The notes under the pieces: model-generated
Seen by the model: the letters and a program-made list of their open reading frames with translations, nothing else
Databases searched by the model: none
Told to the model about the DNA's origin: nothing
Made by a program: the position numbers and the translations under genes
Source of the DNA: Chitinophagales bacterium
GTDB lineage: Bacteria; Bacteroidota; Bacteroidia; Chitinophagales; LD1
Assembly: GCA_046329555.1 (NCBI GenBank)
Contig: JAXLUK010000001.1
Span: forward strand, 22,855-86,854
Length of the DNA: 64,000 nucleotides
Direction of reading: 5' to 3'
In this document: positions 56,087 to 64,000 of the stretch, piece after piece
Layout of the letters: every line of letters starts with the position of its first letter
How positions within the stretch are numbered: the first letter of the stretch is position 1

Positions 56087-58496
56087 TTAAAATCAACACA
56101 CCGGCTGATGCGGCATAAGCCACCTTCTCACCGGTAAAATAACTAGCCGGTTCAAAACGCATTTCCAATTTATGTTGTCCGGCTGGCAATAACATGGCGC
56201 GCAACACGTAATTCGCTCTCACTATAGGCACTTCCTTCCCATCTACCATCGCCTTCCATCCTGGCTGATAATAAATTTCTGAAAATACCGCCAGTTGCGA
56301 TTTCGGGGCACTGTATTCGTAATCAATTTTATTCGACTGATACGCAGTTACGCGAATACCGGATGCGGCATCCTTGCCACCCTGAAATCCACTGATATCG
56401 TTTTGAAAACGCTGATCGATAATGGCTGTTTTGGAAGGGTCAAACTGATCCAGTGCCTTCATTTCTTCATCTGCATTTTTTACCACCTTAACTTCATCCA
56501 CAAACCAGCAATTACCTAAAGCCGCAGGATTGGTAGCCACCGCCGGACCACCATCTGCACCTTTTTGAATGATGTATTTTGTATTCAACATATTCAGCAC
56601 CGACATATTGCCCTTGCTGATTTGATTTTCGATCAGTTCCTGATAGCGGCGCAATTTCGCGGCATGATAACCTCCTATTGATTTATGATGATAAGAGGTG
56701 GAAGCATCGTTAAACGTATTTACGGTTTGATTTAATACCCGATACCCCGGTGTTCGGTCTTGCATAATCTGATTGTCGGCAGCCGTTGGCGTGAAGCGAT
56801 TAGCCATTTGCTGCTGATCCGTGAACGTATCGCTGTTAATGAACCGCTTACCCACACCGATATAATCAATAGCAAACAACAATACCAACCCTGCAATCAT
56901 CGCATGATCCTTCAACTTGTCACTAAGATATGACCAAAGCAAACCAGCCGCTGCTGCAATTAAAGCGAAGGAACGGAAAGCATCCATTCTAAGTAATGAG
57001 CCGCGATCTTCTTTTAATGGCTTGATGAGCCATTCGGGCAATTGCTTATCTGAGGCGCTGCCGAATTGAAACAAGGATGGGCCTACAATGGCCAGCACCA
57101 AACAAATACCGCCGGTGAGGCCTGCCGAAATGTACAAGGCGTTTAATGTCTTTTCTTTATCCAAACCTTTGCGCAATAACTGCTGCACCGCTAATATGCC
57201 CAGCAAGGGCACCGCCAGTTGCGTAATAACCAGCACCATGGTCACCGTTCTGAACTTGTTATAACCGGGGAAATAATCGAATACCAGATTATTAAACGCC
57301 GGTAAATTGTGCCCGAACGACAACAGCACGGATAGTAGCGCTGCAGCGCCCAGCCACCACCGCATCGGCCCTTCCACCAATATTAATCCCATCAAAAACA
57401 AAAAGCACATGATGGCGCCAACGTACACCGGACCCGAAGTAAATGGCTGATCGCCCCAGTATAACGGGAAGGCATGCAAGTATTGCGCAATCTGCTGCGG
57501 TGAAACACCTTGTGCCGTCATGGCCTTACCTACAGCGCTTTCTTCATCTAAACTGCCATGCGAAGAACCGCCCATAATATTCGGAACTAATAAGCTGAGC
57601 GCTTCTGTTTTCCCATAGCTCCAGCCAAAGGCGTAATCGCGGTCCAGTCCGCCTTTCGACTGGGTATTACTCGTCAATTCCGACTTCCCGCGAATCGTGG
57701 CATTGCCGTAATCATACGTACTCCATAACAACGATGCATTGGCCAGAACACCCAAAACCCCGCAACCGGCAAAAATGCTAAACGCCAGAGCAAAACGCTT
57801 CCAGTTGCCATCCTTAATCGTAAAAATGAATTGCACCACGCCTAAAATCAGCAGGGTGAGGAACAGATAATAAGCAATCTGCACATGGTTCGCCCAAATC
57901 AGTAAAGAAAATCCCAAAGCACTGACGGCAGCACCCAGCAGATAACGTTCCTGCCATAACAACATTAAGCCACTTACTACAATAGGTAACAGACCTATGG
58001 CGTGCATCTTGGTATTGTGACCAGCTTCAATGATGATGACATTGTACGACATCAGCGAATATGCCAAAGCGCCGCCAATGGCCAGCCACGGGTTCACTCC
58101 CATCACCAGCAACAAACCATAAAACGACAATGCTGCCAGAAATAGAAAGGCCGTATATTCGGGCAAGCCCAAAGTGAAAATCTTATCAAAAAATCGGGTT
58201 AGGTTGCCATTAAACTCGGTGGAAATCTGAAAAGCCGGCATCCCACCAAACATGGAACCACTCCACAACGGCTCTTCATGATGTTGCGCCCTGAAATCCA
58301 CAATTTCTTTAGACATCCCGTCATACTGGGCTATATCACCCTGTGGAATCGTCTTATCATCAGTTAGTCGCGGCCCAAAAAAGATGAACGTTATCACAAT
58401 AAATGTGAGCAAGGCCGCTGCATACGGCATCCACTTCGGAGCTGCTGAAGCAGAGGCGGCATTGGTTTTGGTAGAAGTTGTTTTTGCTTTTGCCAT
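56034..58496 (-). CDS. YfhO-family polytopic membrane glycosyl-transfer protein
   Basis: About 820 aa with more than 12 TM helices and a large C-terminal extracytoplasmic domain. The size and topology match the YfhO family, judged from memory only. Confidence 0.75.
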   Translation of the reverse strand: MAKAKTTSTKTNAASASAAPKWMPYAAALLTFIVITFIFFGPRLTDDKTIPQGDIAQYDGMSKEIVDFRAQHHEEPLWSGSMFGGMPAFQISTEFNGNLTRFFDKIFTLGLPEYTAFLFLAALSFYGLLLVMGVNPWLAIGGALAYSLMSYNVIIIEAGHNTKMHAIGLLPIVVSGLMLLWQERYLLGAAVSALGFSLLIWANHVQIAYYLFLTLLILGVVQFIFTIKDGNWKRFALAFSIFAGCGVLGVLANASLLWSTYDYGNATIRGKSELTSNTQSKGGLDRDYAFGWSYGKTEALSLLVPNIMGGSSHGSLDEESAVGKAMTAQGVSPQQIAQYLHAFPLYWGDQPFTSGPVYVGAIMCFLFLMGLILVEGPMRWWLGAAALLSVLLSFGHNLPAFNNLVFDYFPGYNKFRTVTMVLVITQLAVPLLGILAVQQLLRKGLDKEKTLNALYISAGLTGGICLVLAIVGPSLFQFGSASDKQLPEWLIKPLKEDRGSLLRMDAFRSFALIAAAAGLLWSYLSDKLKDHAMIAGLVLLFAIDYIGVGKRFINSDTFTDQQQMANRFTPTAADNQIMQDRTPGYRVLNQTVNTFNDASTSYHHKSIGGYHAAKLRRYQELIENQISKGNMSVLNMLNTKYIIQKGADGGPAVATNPAALGNCWFVDEVKVVKNADEEMKALDQFDPSKTAIIDQRFQNDISGFQGGKDAASGIRVTAYQSNKIDYEYSAPKSQLAVFSEIYYQPGWKAMVDGKEVPIVRANYVLRAMLLPAGQHKLEMRFEPASYFTGEKVAYAASAGVLILIGLALFTMVRQQRKTTE

Positions 58497-58548
58497 GAGC
58501 GTGAAAATAGAATTTTTACCGCACCGCAATGCCAACGGGTGTTAATAC

Positions 58549-59454
58549 CTACAAGAGCTGTTGTAGCGCCTCTTTCCGGCTCTCGCGCCAGGCCAAAACC
58601 GCATGCGCTACTACCGAAAGCAAGATTAACGCGCCTCCAACAAAGAAATTGGGATGCAGTTCCCGGTTTTCCTGAAAGAAAATAAAAGCCAGCGCCACGC
58701 CGTAAACCGGCTCAAGATTGATGGATAAATTCAACGTAAATGCCGATAACTGTTTTAAGGCAGCCAGCGATAGCGCCAGCGTTACATGTGTACAGGCTAC
58801 AGCCAAAACCAACAACAACAGCCAATCTTTTATATCCGGTAACAACTTCGTAGTCGGAAAAAAATGCAGATACAGCGGTAGCATACTCGTTAACAACACC
58901 ACGCCCGCGGCAATCTCATAAAAAGATACCAGCACCGGCGGGTATTTTTGCGCCAATGGTCGATTAAAGATGTTCAGCGAAGCACCTAAAAATGAGGCCA
59001 CTAATCCAAGCATAATACCAGTCACATAGCGGGTCTCAAATTGAAAAATAATCCAGATGCCCGCCATACCAATCACACTCAACAACACTTCGCTCCACTT
59101 CAAACGGGTACGCAACAAAAGCGGTTCCAGCAAGGCGGTAAACAAACTGGAAGAAGCCAGCATACTCAACGTAATGCTCACGTTGGAATACTTAATAGAA
59201 CCATAGAAAAATAGCCAATGCGTCACCAATATCGCGCCTACGCCCATCAATCGCCAGCCATCGGCCCGTTCTACCCGAAAAGAAGTTTTGGTGATTAGCA
59301 ATCCAATACCCATGGAAGCCACCGCAATCAGAATCCGGTACCACACCAGCAATCCTTCATTGAGCTCAATAGCCCGGCCTATTACTCCGGTAAATCCCCA
59401 CAAAAAAATGGAGAGATGCATGTAGCCGTACGCCCGTAGTTTGCCTTGCTCCAC
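58549..59454 (-). CDS. DMT superfamily transporter (EamA)
   Basis: Ten TM helices in two EamA-like halves. Confidence 0.85.
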   Translation of the reverse strand: MEQGKLRAYGYMHLSIFLWGFTGVIGRAIELNEGLLVWYRILIAVASMGIGLLITKTSFRVERADGWRLMGVGAILVTHWLFFYGSIKYSNVSITLSMLASSSLFTALLEPLLLRTRLKWSEVLLSVIGMAGIWIIFQFETRYVTGIMLGLVASFLGASLNIFNRPLAQKYPPVLVSFYEIAAGVVLLTSMLPLYLHFFPTTKLLPDIKDWLLLLVLAVACTHVTLALSLAALKQLSAFTLNLSINLEPVYGVALAFIFFQENRELHPNFFVGGALILLSVVAHAVLAWRESRKEALQQLL

Positions 59455-60305
59455 TATTTCGGTTTAGGAATTCCCATGATGCGCTGCGCATGCGATAACA
59501 TAATTCCTTCGCGCTCAAAACGCTCTTTCACCAGCTGAAGCAAATCACATTTCATATCAAAAGCAATATCGTTATTGCGCGCCCAAACATAGGCCCGGCA
59601 ACGCACCCCATTATCTTCCAATGCAACTACCTTAGCTACCACAGCGGGCTTTCCGGCTTCTTTTTCTGCCGCCCTTCTTCCATCCAGAAACATGGGATGC
59701 TTCATGGCCTCATCCTGCATCAGCTGCAACACCTTTTCCAAATCGTTTTCATACGTCACCACCACTTCCAGATTAAACATCACCCGTTCATCCTTAATCG
59801 TGCTGTTCAAAATTACTTCCCGGCTAATCACCGAATTCGGTATCACAATACGCCGGTTTTCAATGCTCTTCAAAATGGTATGTCTGATGGTAATATCTTC
59901 CACCACCCCAACATGATTATTCGATAACAACTTAATGTGATCGCCCACGCTGAACGGCTTAAACACCACAATAAAAATGCCGCTTACAATATTTGAAAAT
60001 GCCTCCTGCGAAGCAAAACCGATAATCGCCGCTATAATCCCCGCACCGGCAAACATGGTTTTTCCAATGGTGTGGAGCTGTGGAATTTTATAAAACACAA
60101 ACACTACCCCAAAAACAAAAACCACAAAACTTACCGCATTCTGTAAAAACGAGTAATTGGTGGGATCGAAATGCATCACCCGCGCCGATTTGCGGATATA
60201 CCGGCGAATCAGCCAACTGAGCGCGCGGCCCACCACCACGGCCACCAACACCACCAAAAACGGCTCCAGAAAAGTCTCAATCCTGTCGAGGCGTACTTTA
60301 AACAT
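59454..60305 (-). CDS. small-conductance mechanosensitive channel (MscS family)
   Basis: Three TM helices, then FSNIVSGIFIVVFKPFSVGDHIKL as the MscS beta-domain signature. Confidence 0.88.
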   Translation of the reverse strand: MFKVRLDRIETFLEPFLVVLVAVVVGRALSWLIRRYIRKSARVMHFDPTNYSFLQNAVSFVVFVFGVVFVFYKIPQLHTIGKTMFAGAGIIAAIIGFASQEAFSNIVSGIFIVVFKPFSVGDHIKLLSNNHVGVVEDITIRHTILKSIENRRIVIPNSVISREVILNSTIKDERVMFNLEVVVTYENDLEKVLQLMQDEAMKHPMFLDGRRAAEKEAGKPAVVAKVVALEDNGVRCRAYVWARNNDIAFDMKCDLLQLVKERFEREGIMLSHAQRIMGIPKPK

Positions 60306-60422
60306 GCCGCGAAAGTAGTATTTTGCCCCTACCCCGCTGCGCCCTTAAAAGTTTTTGGCAATCACCCGAAACGGCACGATTTTTACCATAACAAAAACAC
60401 AAAAAATCCGACATTCGCTACT

Positions 60423-61979
60423 ATGAGCAACGAAAAATTCCAGCAAGCCATCACCGATGGCTATACCTTTAAAGGAAAATCTATCGACCTGGGCGCCGCT
60501 ATGATAGACGGCCAACCGATCCAGAAACTGATGGTTAAAGCACCCTTGCGCACCTTCAACCGCCACGGCCTCATCGCAGGCGCCACGGGAACGGGTAAAA
60601 CCAAAACCTTACAACGCCTGGCCGAAAGCCTGAGCGCTAACGGTGTGAGCACCGTGCTCATGGACGTAAAAGGCGACCTTTCGGGCATTGCCGTTAAAGG
60701 AACCGAAAACGATAAAGTAAAAGAACGCGTAGAAAAAATAGGTATCGAATTTCAGGCGCATGATAATCCGGTTGAGTTTTTAACCCTCTCTAACGAGAAA
60801 GGCGCTAAACTCCGCGCCACCGTCTCTGAATTCGGTCCGGTGCTGTTCTCCAAAATTCTGGAACTCAACGATACCCAGCAAAGCGTGGTAGCGTTACTAT
60901 TCAAGTATTGCGACGACCAAAAACTACCGCTGCTCGACCTCAAAGATTTTAAGAAAGTGCTCAACTACGCTACCGATCAGGGCGCTGCTGAAATCGAAGC
61001 TACCTATGGCAAAGTATCCAGTGCCACCACCGCTACCATCCTGCGCAAAATCATTGAACTGGAACAACAGGGCGGCGATAAATTTTTCGGCGAAAAATCG
61101 TTTGAGGTGGATGACCTGGTGCGCGTAGACGAGAACGGCCGCGGATTGGTTTCCATCATCCGCCTCACCGATATTCAGGATAAGCCCAAGCTCTTCTCTA
61201 CCTTCATGCTGTGCCTGCTGGCCGAAATTTATGCCACCTTCCCCGAAGAAGGCGATGCCGATCAACCCAAGCTAGTGCTCTTTATTGATGAAGCACACCT
61301 GATTTTTGAAGAAGCCAGCGACGCACTGCTCAATCAAATTGAAACCATCATTAAATTAATTCGCTCGAAAGGCGTAGGTATTTTCTTCTGCACCCAAAAC
61401 CCGGCCGATGTACCCGATGCCGTTCTCGCGCAATTGGGTATGAAGGTACAACACGCGCTGCGCGCTTTTACAGCCAAAGACCGCAAATCCATCAAGCTGG
61501 CGGCTGAAAACTACCCGGAAACCGAATTCTACAAAGTGGAAGAAGATTTAACGGCACTGGGTATCGGCGAGGCCTTCGTTACTGTACTTAACGAAAAAGG
61601 GATTCCTACCCCGCTGGCGGCCACGATGATGGCGCCCCCGGGCTCGCGCATGGATATCCTCACGCCGCAGGAAATAGATGGCATTCTGGGCAATTCTAAA
61701 TTGGTGAAAAAATACAACGAGGAAATCGACCGCGAAAGCGCCTTTGAAATGCTTACCGCCAAATTACAAACTGCGGCAGTTCCTGCTGCAGGTGGAAATA
61801 CAACCAGCGCTAATACCGCCAATGCCGAACAGGAAGAATCTGTTGTAGCCAAGGCCGGTTCCTTCATCAGCGATATGGCCAATTCTACCGCCGGCAAAAT
61901 TGTGATGCGCGAAGTAACGCGCGGCCTGTTGGGCGTGTTAGGCCTGGGCGGAAGAAATACTACGCGCAGGAAATATTAA
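60423..61979 (+). CDS. DUF853 / HerA-like P-loop ATPase (YjgR type)
   Basis: Walker A GATGTGKTKT and Walker B LVLFIDEAHLIF. ATG 60423 (MSNEKFQQAI) lies within ORF 60171..61979. Confidence 0.85.
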   Translation: MSNEKFQQAITDGYTFKGKSIDLGAAMIDGQPIQKLMVKAPLRTFNRHGLIAGATGTGKTKTLQRLAESLSANGVSTVLMDVKGDLSGIAVKGTENDKVKERVEKIGIEFQAHDNPVEFLTLSNEKGAKLRATVSEFGPVLFSKILELNDTQQSVVALLFKYCDDQKLPLLDLKDFKKVLNYATDQGAAEIEATYGKVSSATTATILRKIIELEQQGGDKFFGEKSFEVDDLVRVDENGRGLVSIIRLTDIQDKPKLFSTFMLCLLAEIYATFPEEGDADQPKLVLFIDEAHLIFEEASDALLNQIETIIKLIRSKGVGIFFCTQNPADVPDAVLAQLGMKVQHALRAFTAKDRKSIKLAAENYPETEFYKVEEDLTALGIGEAFVTVLNEKGIPTPLAATMMAPPGSRMDILTPQEIDGILGNSKLVKKYNEEIDRESAFEMLTAKLQTAAVPAAGGNTTSANTANAEQEESVVAKAGSFISDMANSTAGKIVMREVTRGLLGVLGLGGRNTTRRKY

Positions 61980-61986
61980 AATAAAT

Positions 61987-62108
61987 GATGGCGGCTGCTC
62001 CGCTTCGCTGCGCACCGGGCTTTCCGCTTGTAGTCCTCGCGCGGCTTCGTACCTCGCCGCGCTGCGGGCTACCGCTCCAATCCCTTCCGCACGGCGCAGC
62101 ACCAGTGT
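61987..62108. repeat. GC-rich intergenic repeat element, copy C
   Basis: The 64-nt core at 62019-62082 is nearly identical to 38816-38878, with the same terminal 11-mer AGCACCAGTGT (62098-62108). Internal inverted repeats are GCGCGGC/GCCGCGC and GTAGTCC/GGGCTAC, with closing GCTGCGC/GCGCAGC. Confidence 0.75.
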
Positions 62109-62185
62109 GTTCAAGGATAACAAACCAATTGCGCCGCCTGAAAATTCAACAATACCAATCCCGGAGTACAACCCCGGTTTCCATC

Positions 62186-62218
62186 AAAAAAAAACCTCGC
62201 AGTAATAAAACTGCGAGG
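62186..62218 (-). terminator. rho-independent terminator of the T9SS cargo gene
   Basis: On the minus strand, CCTCGCAG-TTTTATTA-CTGCGAGG is followed by T9, 24 nt after the stop at 62242. Confidence 0.8.
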
Positions 62219-62241
62219 TAAACATCAACAATAAGTAAGTA

Positions 62242-64000
62242 CTATTGCTTTGTTATGGAAAATGTTTGGATGCTGCGGTTATCTTGGATCAGTTGTACCA
62301 CGTAAAGGCCAGCTTCAACGTTCATCATGTTCAATCGGGTTTCTTGTTCAAACGTTCCTGTTTGAATCAATCTTCCGCTGATATCCCGCAACATATACAT
62401 CCATGAACCGGCCTCATTGGTGCTTATCACCAACTGCTCCTGCACCGGATTAGGATACAAGGAAATGGAAACGCCGCTTTCAATTGTTTTCACCCCTACA
62501 CCATTCAACAAAATAGGTGCACTGGTAGCCTGGCAGCCATATACATCCGTCACTTGCACGCTGTAGTTGCCACTGGCTACTGCGGTGTAATCAGATCCGT
62601 TAGCGCCCGCAATCGCGTTGCCATTCAAATTCCATTGGTAACTGGTAAAACCTGCGGTAGTGGTCAAATTCCAACCATTATTATTAATAGCAACAATTAA
62701 CGCCTGCCGCACAAACAAATTCAACGTAATCACAGAATCACATCCTGCAGCATTCAGTATGGTGCGGGTATAAGTACCGCTGGTGTTCAAAGTTTGCGCG
62801 CCAAATGAGTATGAACTGCCGCTGCAAATGGTATCCTGAATAGTGCTTGCTGTTGGTTGCTTTATCGTCAGGTTCAACGTAATGAAGCTATCGCAGCCGG
62901 CAACATTGGTAATCGTATCCAGGTATGTGCCGCTGCTGGTAATCGTTTGTCCGTTAAAAGTATAACTGCCACAAACCGATACCGTCTGCTGCGCCGAACT
63001 CGATTGCGCCACCGTTACGGTTAACACCACAAAACTATCACAACCGGTTACACTGGTTAAAGTATCCAGGTAAGTTCCTGCAGTAGTAATGGTTTGTCCG
63101 TTAAACACGGTGCTGGAACCATTACACAACGAGCGACTGATACTGCGCTGTATTTTCTGACGAACGGTCAAATTCAACGTCAGCAGTGAATCACAGCCTG
63201 CTGCATTAGACAACGTATCGAAATACGTACCGCTCTGCGTTCTGGCCACCCCATTAAAGGTATAGCTGGCACCAAAACAAATGGTTTGATTGATCGTTCC
63301 GGATGTGGGTTGCTTCACCGCAACAGTCACAGCATTCGATGTAGCCGTACCACAACTGGAAGTGATGTTACATACGTAACTTCCGGCATTGGCCGCAGTG
63401 ATATTATTCAGATATAACGTATCGTTGTTTGAATTCGCGATAGCGGCGCCATTCCGACTCCAGCTATAACTGAGGTTGGCACCATTTGCTAATACGGCCA
63501 GGTAGGCATTACTTCCGGCACAGGCATTCACCGCCACCGGCTGTTGCGAAATTTGCAACGAGCCTGTAACCGTCAGTACAGCAGCGTTCGAAGTAAGCAC
63601 CGGTCCGCAGGTACCGCTCACCTCTACGGTATAAGTACCCGCATCACCTGCCACAGCAGAAGAAATAAGGTAGTTGGCACTGGTAGCCAAAGGAATATTC
63701 ACACCACCTTTCTTCCATTGATAATTCAGGTTGGCGCCGCTCGCCACAACCGATAAAGTAACCTGACCTCCCACACAAGTAGTTTGTGATTGTGGCTGCG
63801 TTGTAATGGCAGTTGTAGGCAATACGTTTACTGTAGCGGTTGCCGTATTCGAACAGGTATTTCCATCGGTACCGGTAACGGTATAGGTAGTAGTTAAGGT
63901 TGGTGATACGCTCTTGGTAGTACCGGTTCCCAAACCATTACTCCAGTTGTAAGAAACAGCGCCTCCTGCAGTAAGATTCGAAGGGAAACCGCTGCAATTA
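62242..64000 (-). CDS. T9SS-sorted surface protein with Ig-like modules and Cys-containing tandem repeats (5' end outside window)
   Basis: The C-terminal ~80 aa (ISLYPNPVQEQLVIS...GLYVVQLIQDNRSIQTFSITKQ) is a type A Por/T9SS sorting domain. Upstream are Ig-like modules (GTYTVEVSG, GSYVCNITS). The reading frame stays open to the window edge. Confidence 0.85.
   Translation of the reverse strand, partial: NCSGFPSNLTAGGAVSYNWSNGLGTGTTKSVSPTLTTTYTVTGTDGNTCSNTATATVNVLPTTAITTQPQSQTTCVGGQVTLSVVASGANLNYQWKKGGVNIPLATSANYLISSAVAGDAGTYTVEVSGTCGPVLTSNAAVLTVTGSLQISQQPVAVNACAGSNAYLAVLANGANLSYSWSRNGAAIANSNNDTLYLNNITAANAGSYVCNITSSCGTATSNAVTVAVKQPTSGTINQTICFGASYTFNGVARTQSGTYFDTLSNAAGCDSLLTLNLTVRQKIQRSISRSLCNGSSTVFNGQTITTAGTYLDTLTSVTGCDSFVVLTVTVAQSSSAQQTVSVCGSYTFNGQTITSSGTYLDTITNVAGCDSFITLNLTIKQPTASTIQDTICSGSSYSFGAQTLNTSGTYTRTILNAAGCDSVITLNLFVRQALIVAINNNGWNLTTTAGFTSYQWNLNGNAIAGANGSDYTAVASGNYSVQVTDVYGCQATSAPILLNGVGVKTIESGVSISLYPNPVQEQLVISTNEAGSWMYMLRDISGRLIQTGTFEQETRLNMMNVEAGLYVVQLIQDNRSIQTFSITKQ
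62704..63309 (-). repeat. four tandem ~45-50-aa coding repeats (C-x-G/S-S-Y/T-x-F-N/G-G-x3-T-x-S/A-G-T-Y-x-D/R-T-x5-G-C-D-S-x3-L-x-L/V-T/F-V)
   Basis: Read from the translation, aa 209-410 of the listed ORF: TICFGASYTFNG...GCDSLLTLNLTV, SLCNGSSTVFNG...GCDSFVVLTVTV, SVCGSYTFNG...GCDSFITLNLTI and TICSGSSYSFGA...GCDSVITLNLFV. Confidence 0.85.

Noticed and set aside
60423-61979. The DUF853/HerA-like ATPase considered as the core of a defence system.
   Set aside because: It is a stand-alone YjgR-type gene with no adjacent nuclease, SIR2 or DUF4297-type partner. Its neighbours are an MscS channel gene (divergent) and a repeat plus adhesin gene (convergent).

Overview
This 64-kb, gene-dense chromosomal window looks like a Bacteroidota genome, probably Chitinophagales- or Sphingobacteriia-like. 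That placement is an inference from a T9SS C-terminal sorting domain, a TonB-dependent receptor plus lipoprotein pair, BshC, DUF3822-rsmD synteny and TAnnTTTG-type -7 boxes. I call about 55 CDS, nearly all housekeeping. They include menF(partial)-menD-menB, pckA, ftsE, rpmI-rplT, an AddA/AddB-like helicase-nuclease pair, an APC permease, NlpC/P60, nuoABCDE, cdd, a split transketolase and a PAP2 phosphatase. Further along are a TPP-riboswitch-controlled TonB receptor with a DUF4249-like lipoprotein, DUF2461, an AlkB-like hydroxylase and a 1.8-kaa thioester alpha-2-macroglobulin lipoprotein. A LuxC-like reductase / SixA / GT2 / acyl-CoA carboxyltransferase block follows, then an isolated nuoF with an MntA/HepT toxin-antitoxin pair. 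The remainder is rsmD, folK, sppA, bshC, rimO, a conserved unknown with yqgE, a PaaK-like ligase and lgt, a decayed GNAT gene, hydrolase and YhhN genes, a phasin-like protein with an H1-like tail, ubiB, elaA, a GT4-YfhO-EamA-MscS block, a DUF853 ATPase and a partial T9SS adhesin. I recognised no rRNA, tRNA, CRISPR array, transposase or integrase. I did not find a convincing self-contained novel multi-gene system such as a defence island. The best leads are: (1) the TPP riboswitch in front of a TonB receptor plus DUF4249-like lipoprotein; (2) a mini-protein made of a signal peptide, 13 consecutive prolines and a PEP-CTERM-like sorting tail; (3) a GC-rich intergenic element with a near-identical 64-nt core at two convergent gene junctions; (4) a fragmented nuo operon whose nuoF piece is capped by a TA pair and that repeat; (5) a duplicated 21-nt promoter-like box flanking a possible structured leader or 17-codon sORF. 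All calls come from reading translations and motifs by eye, with no database searches.
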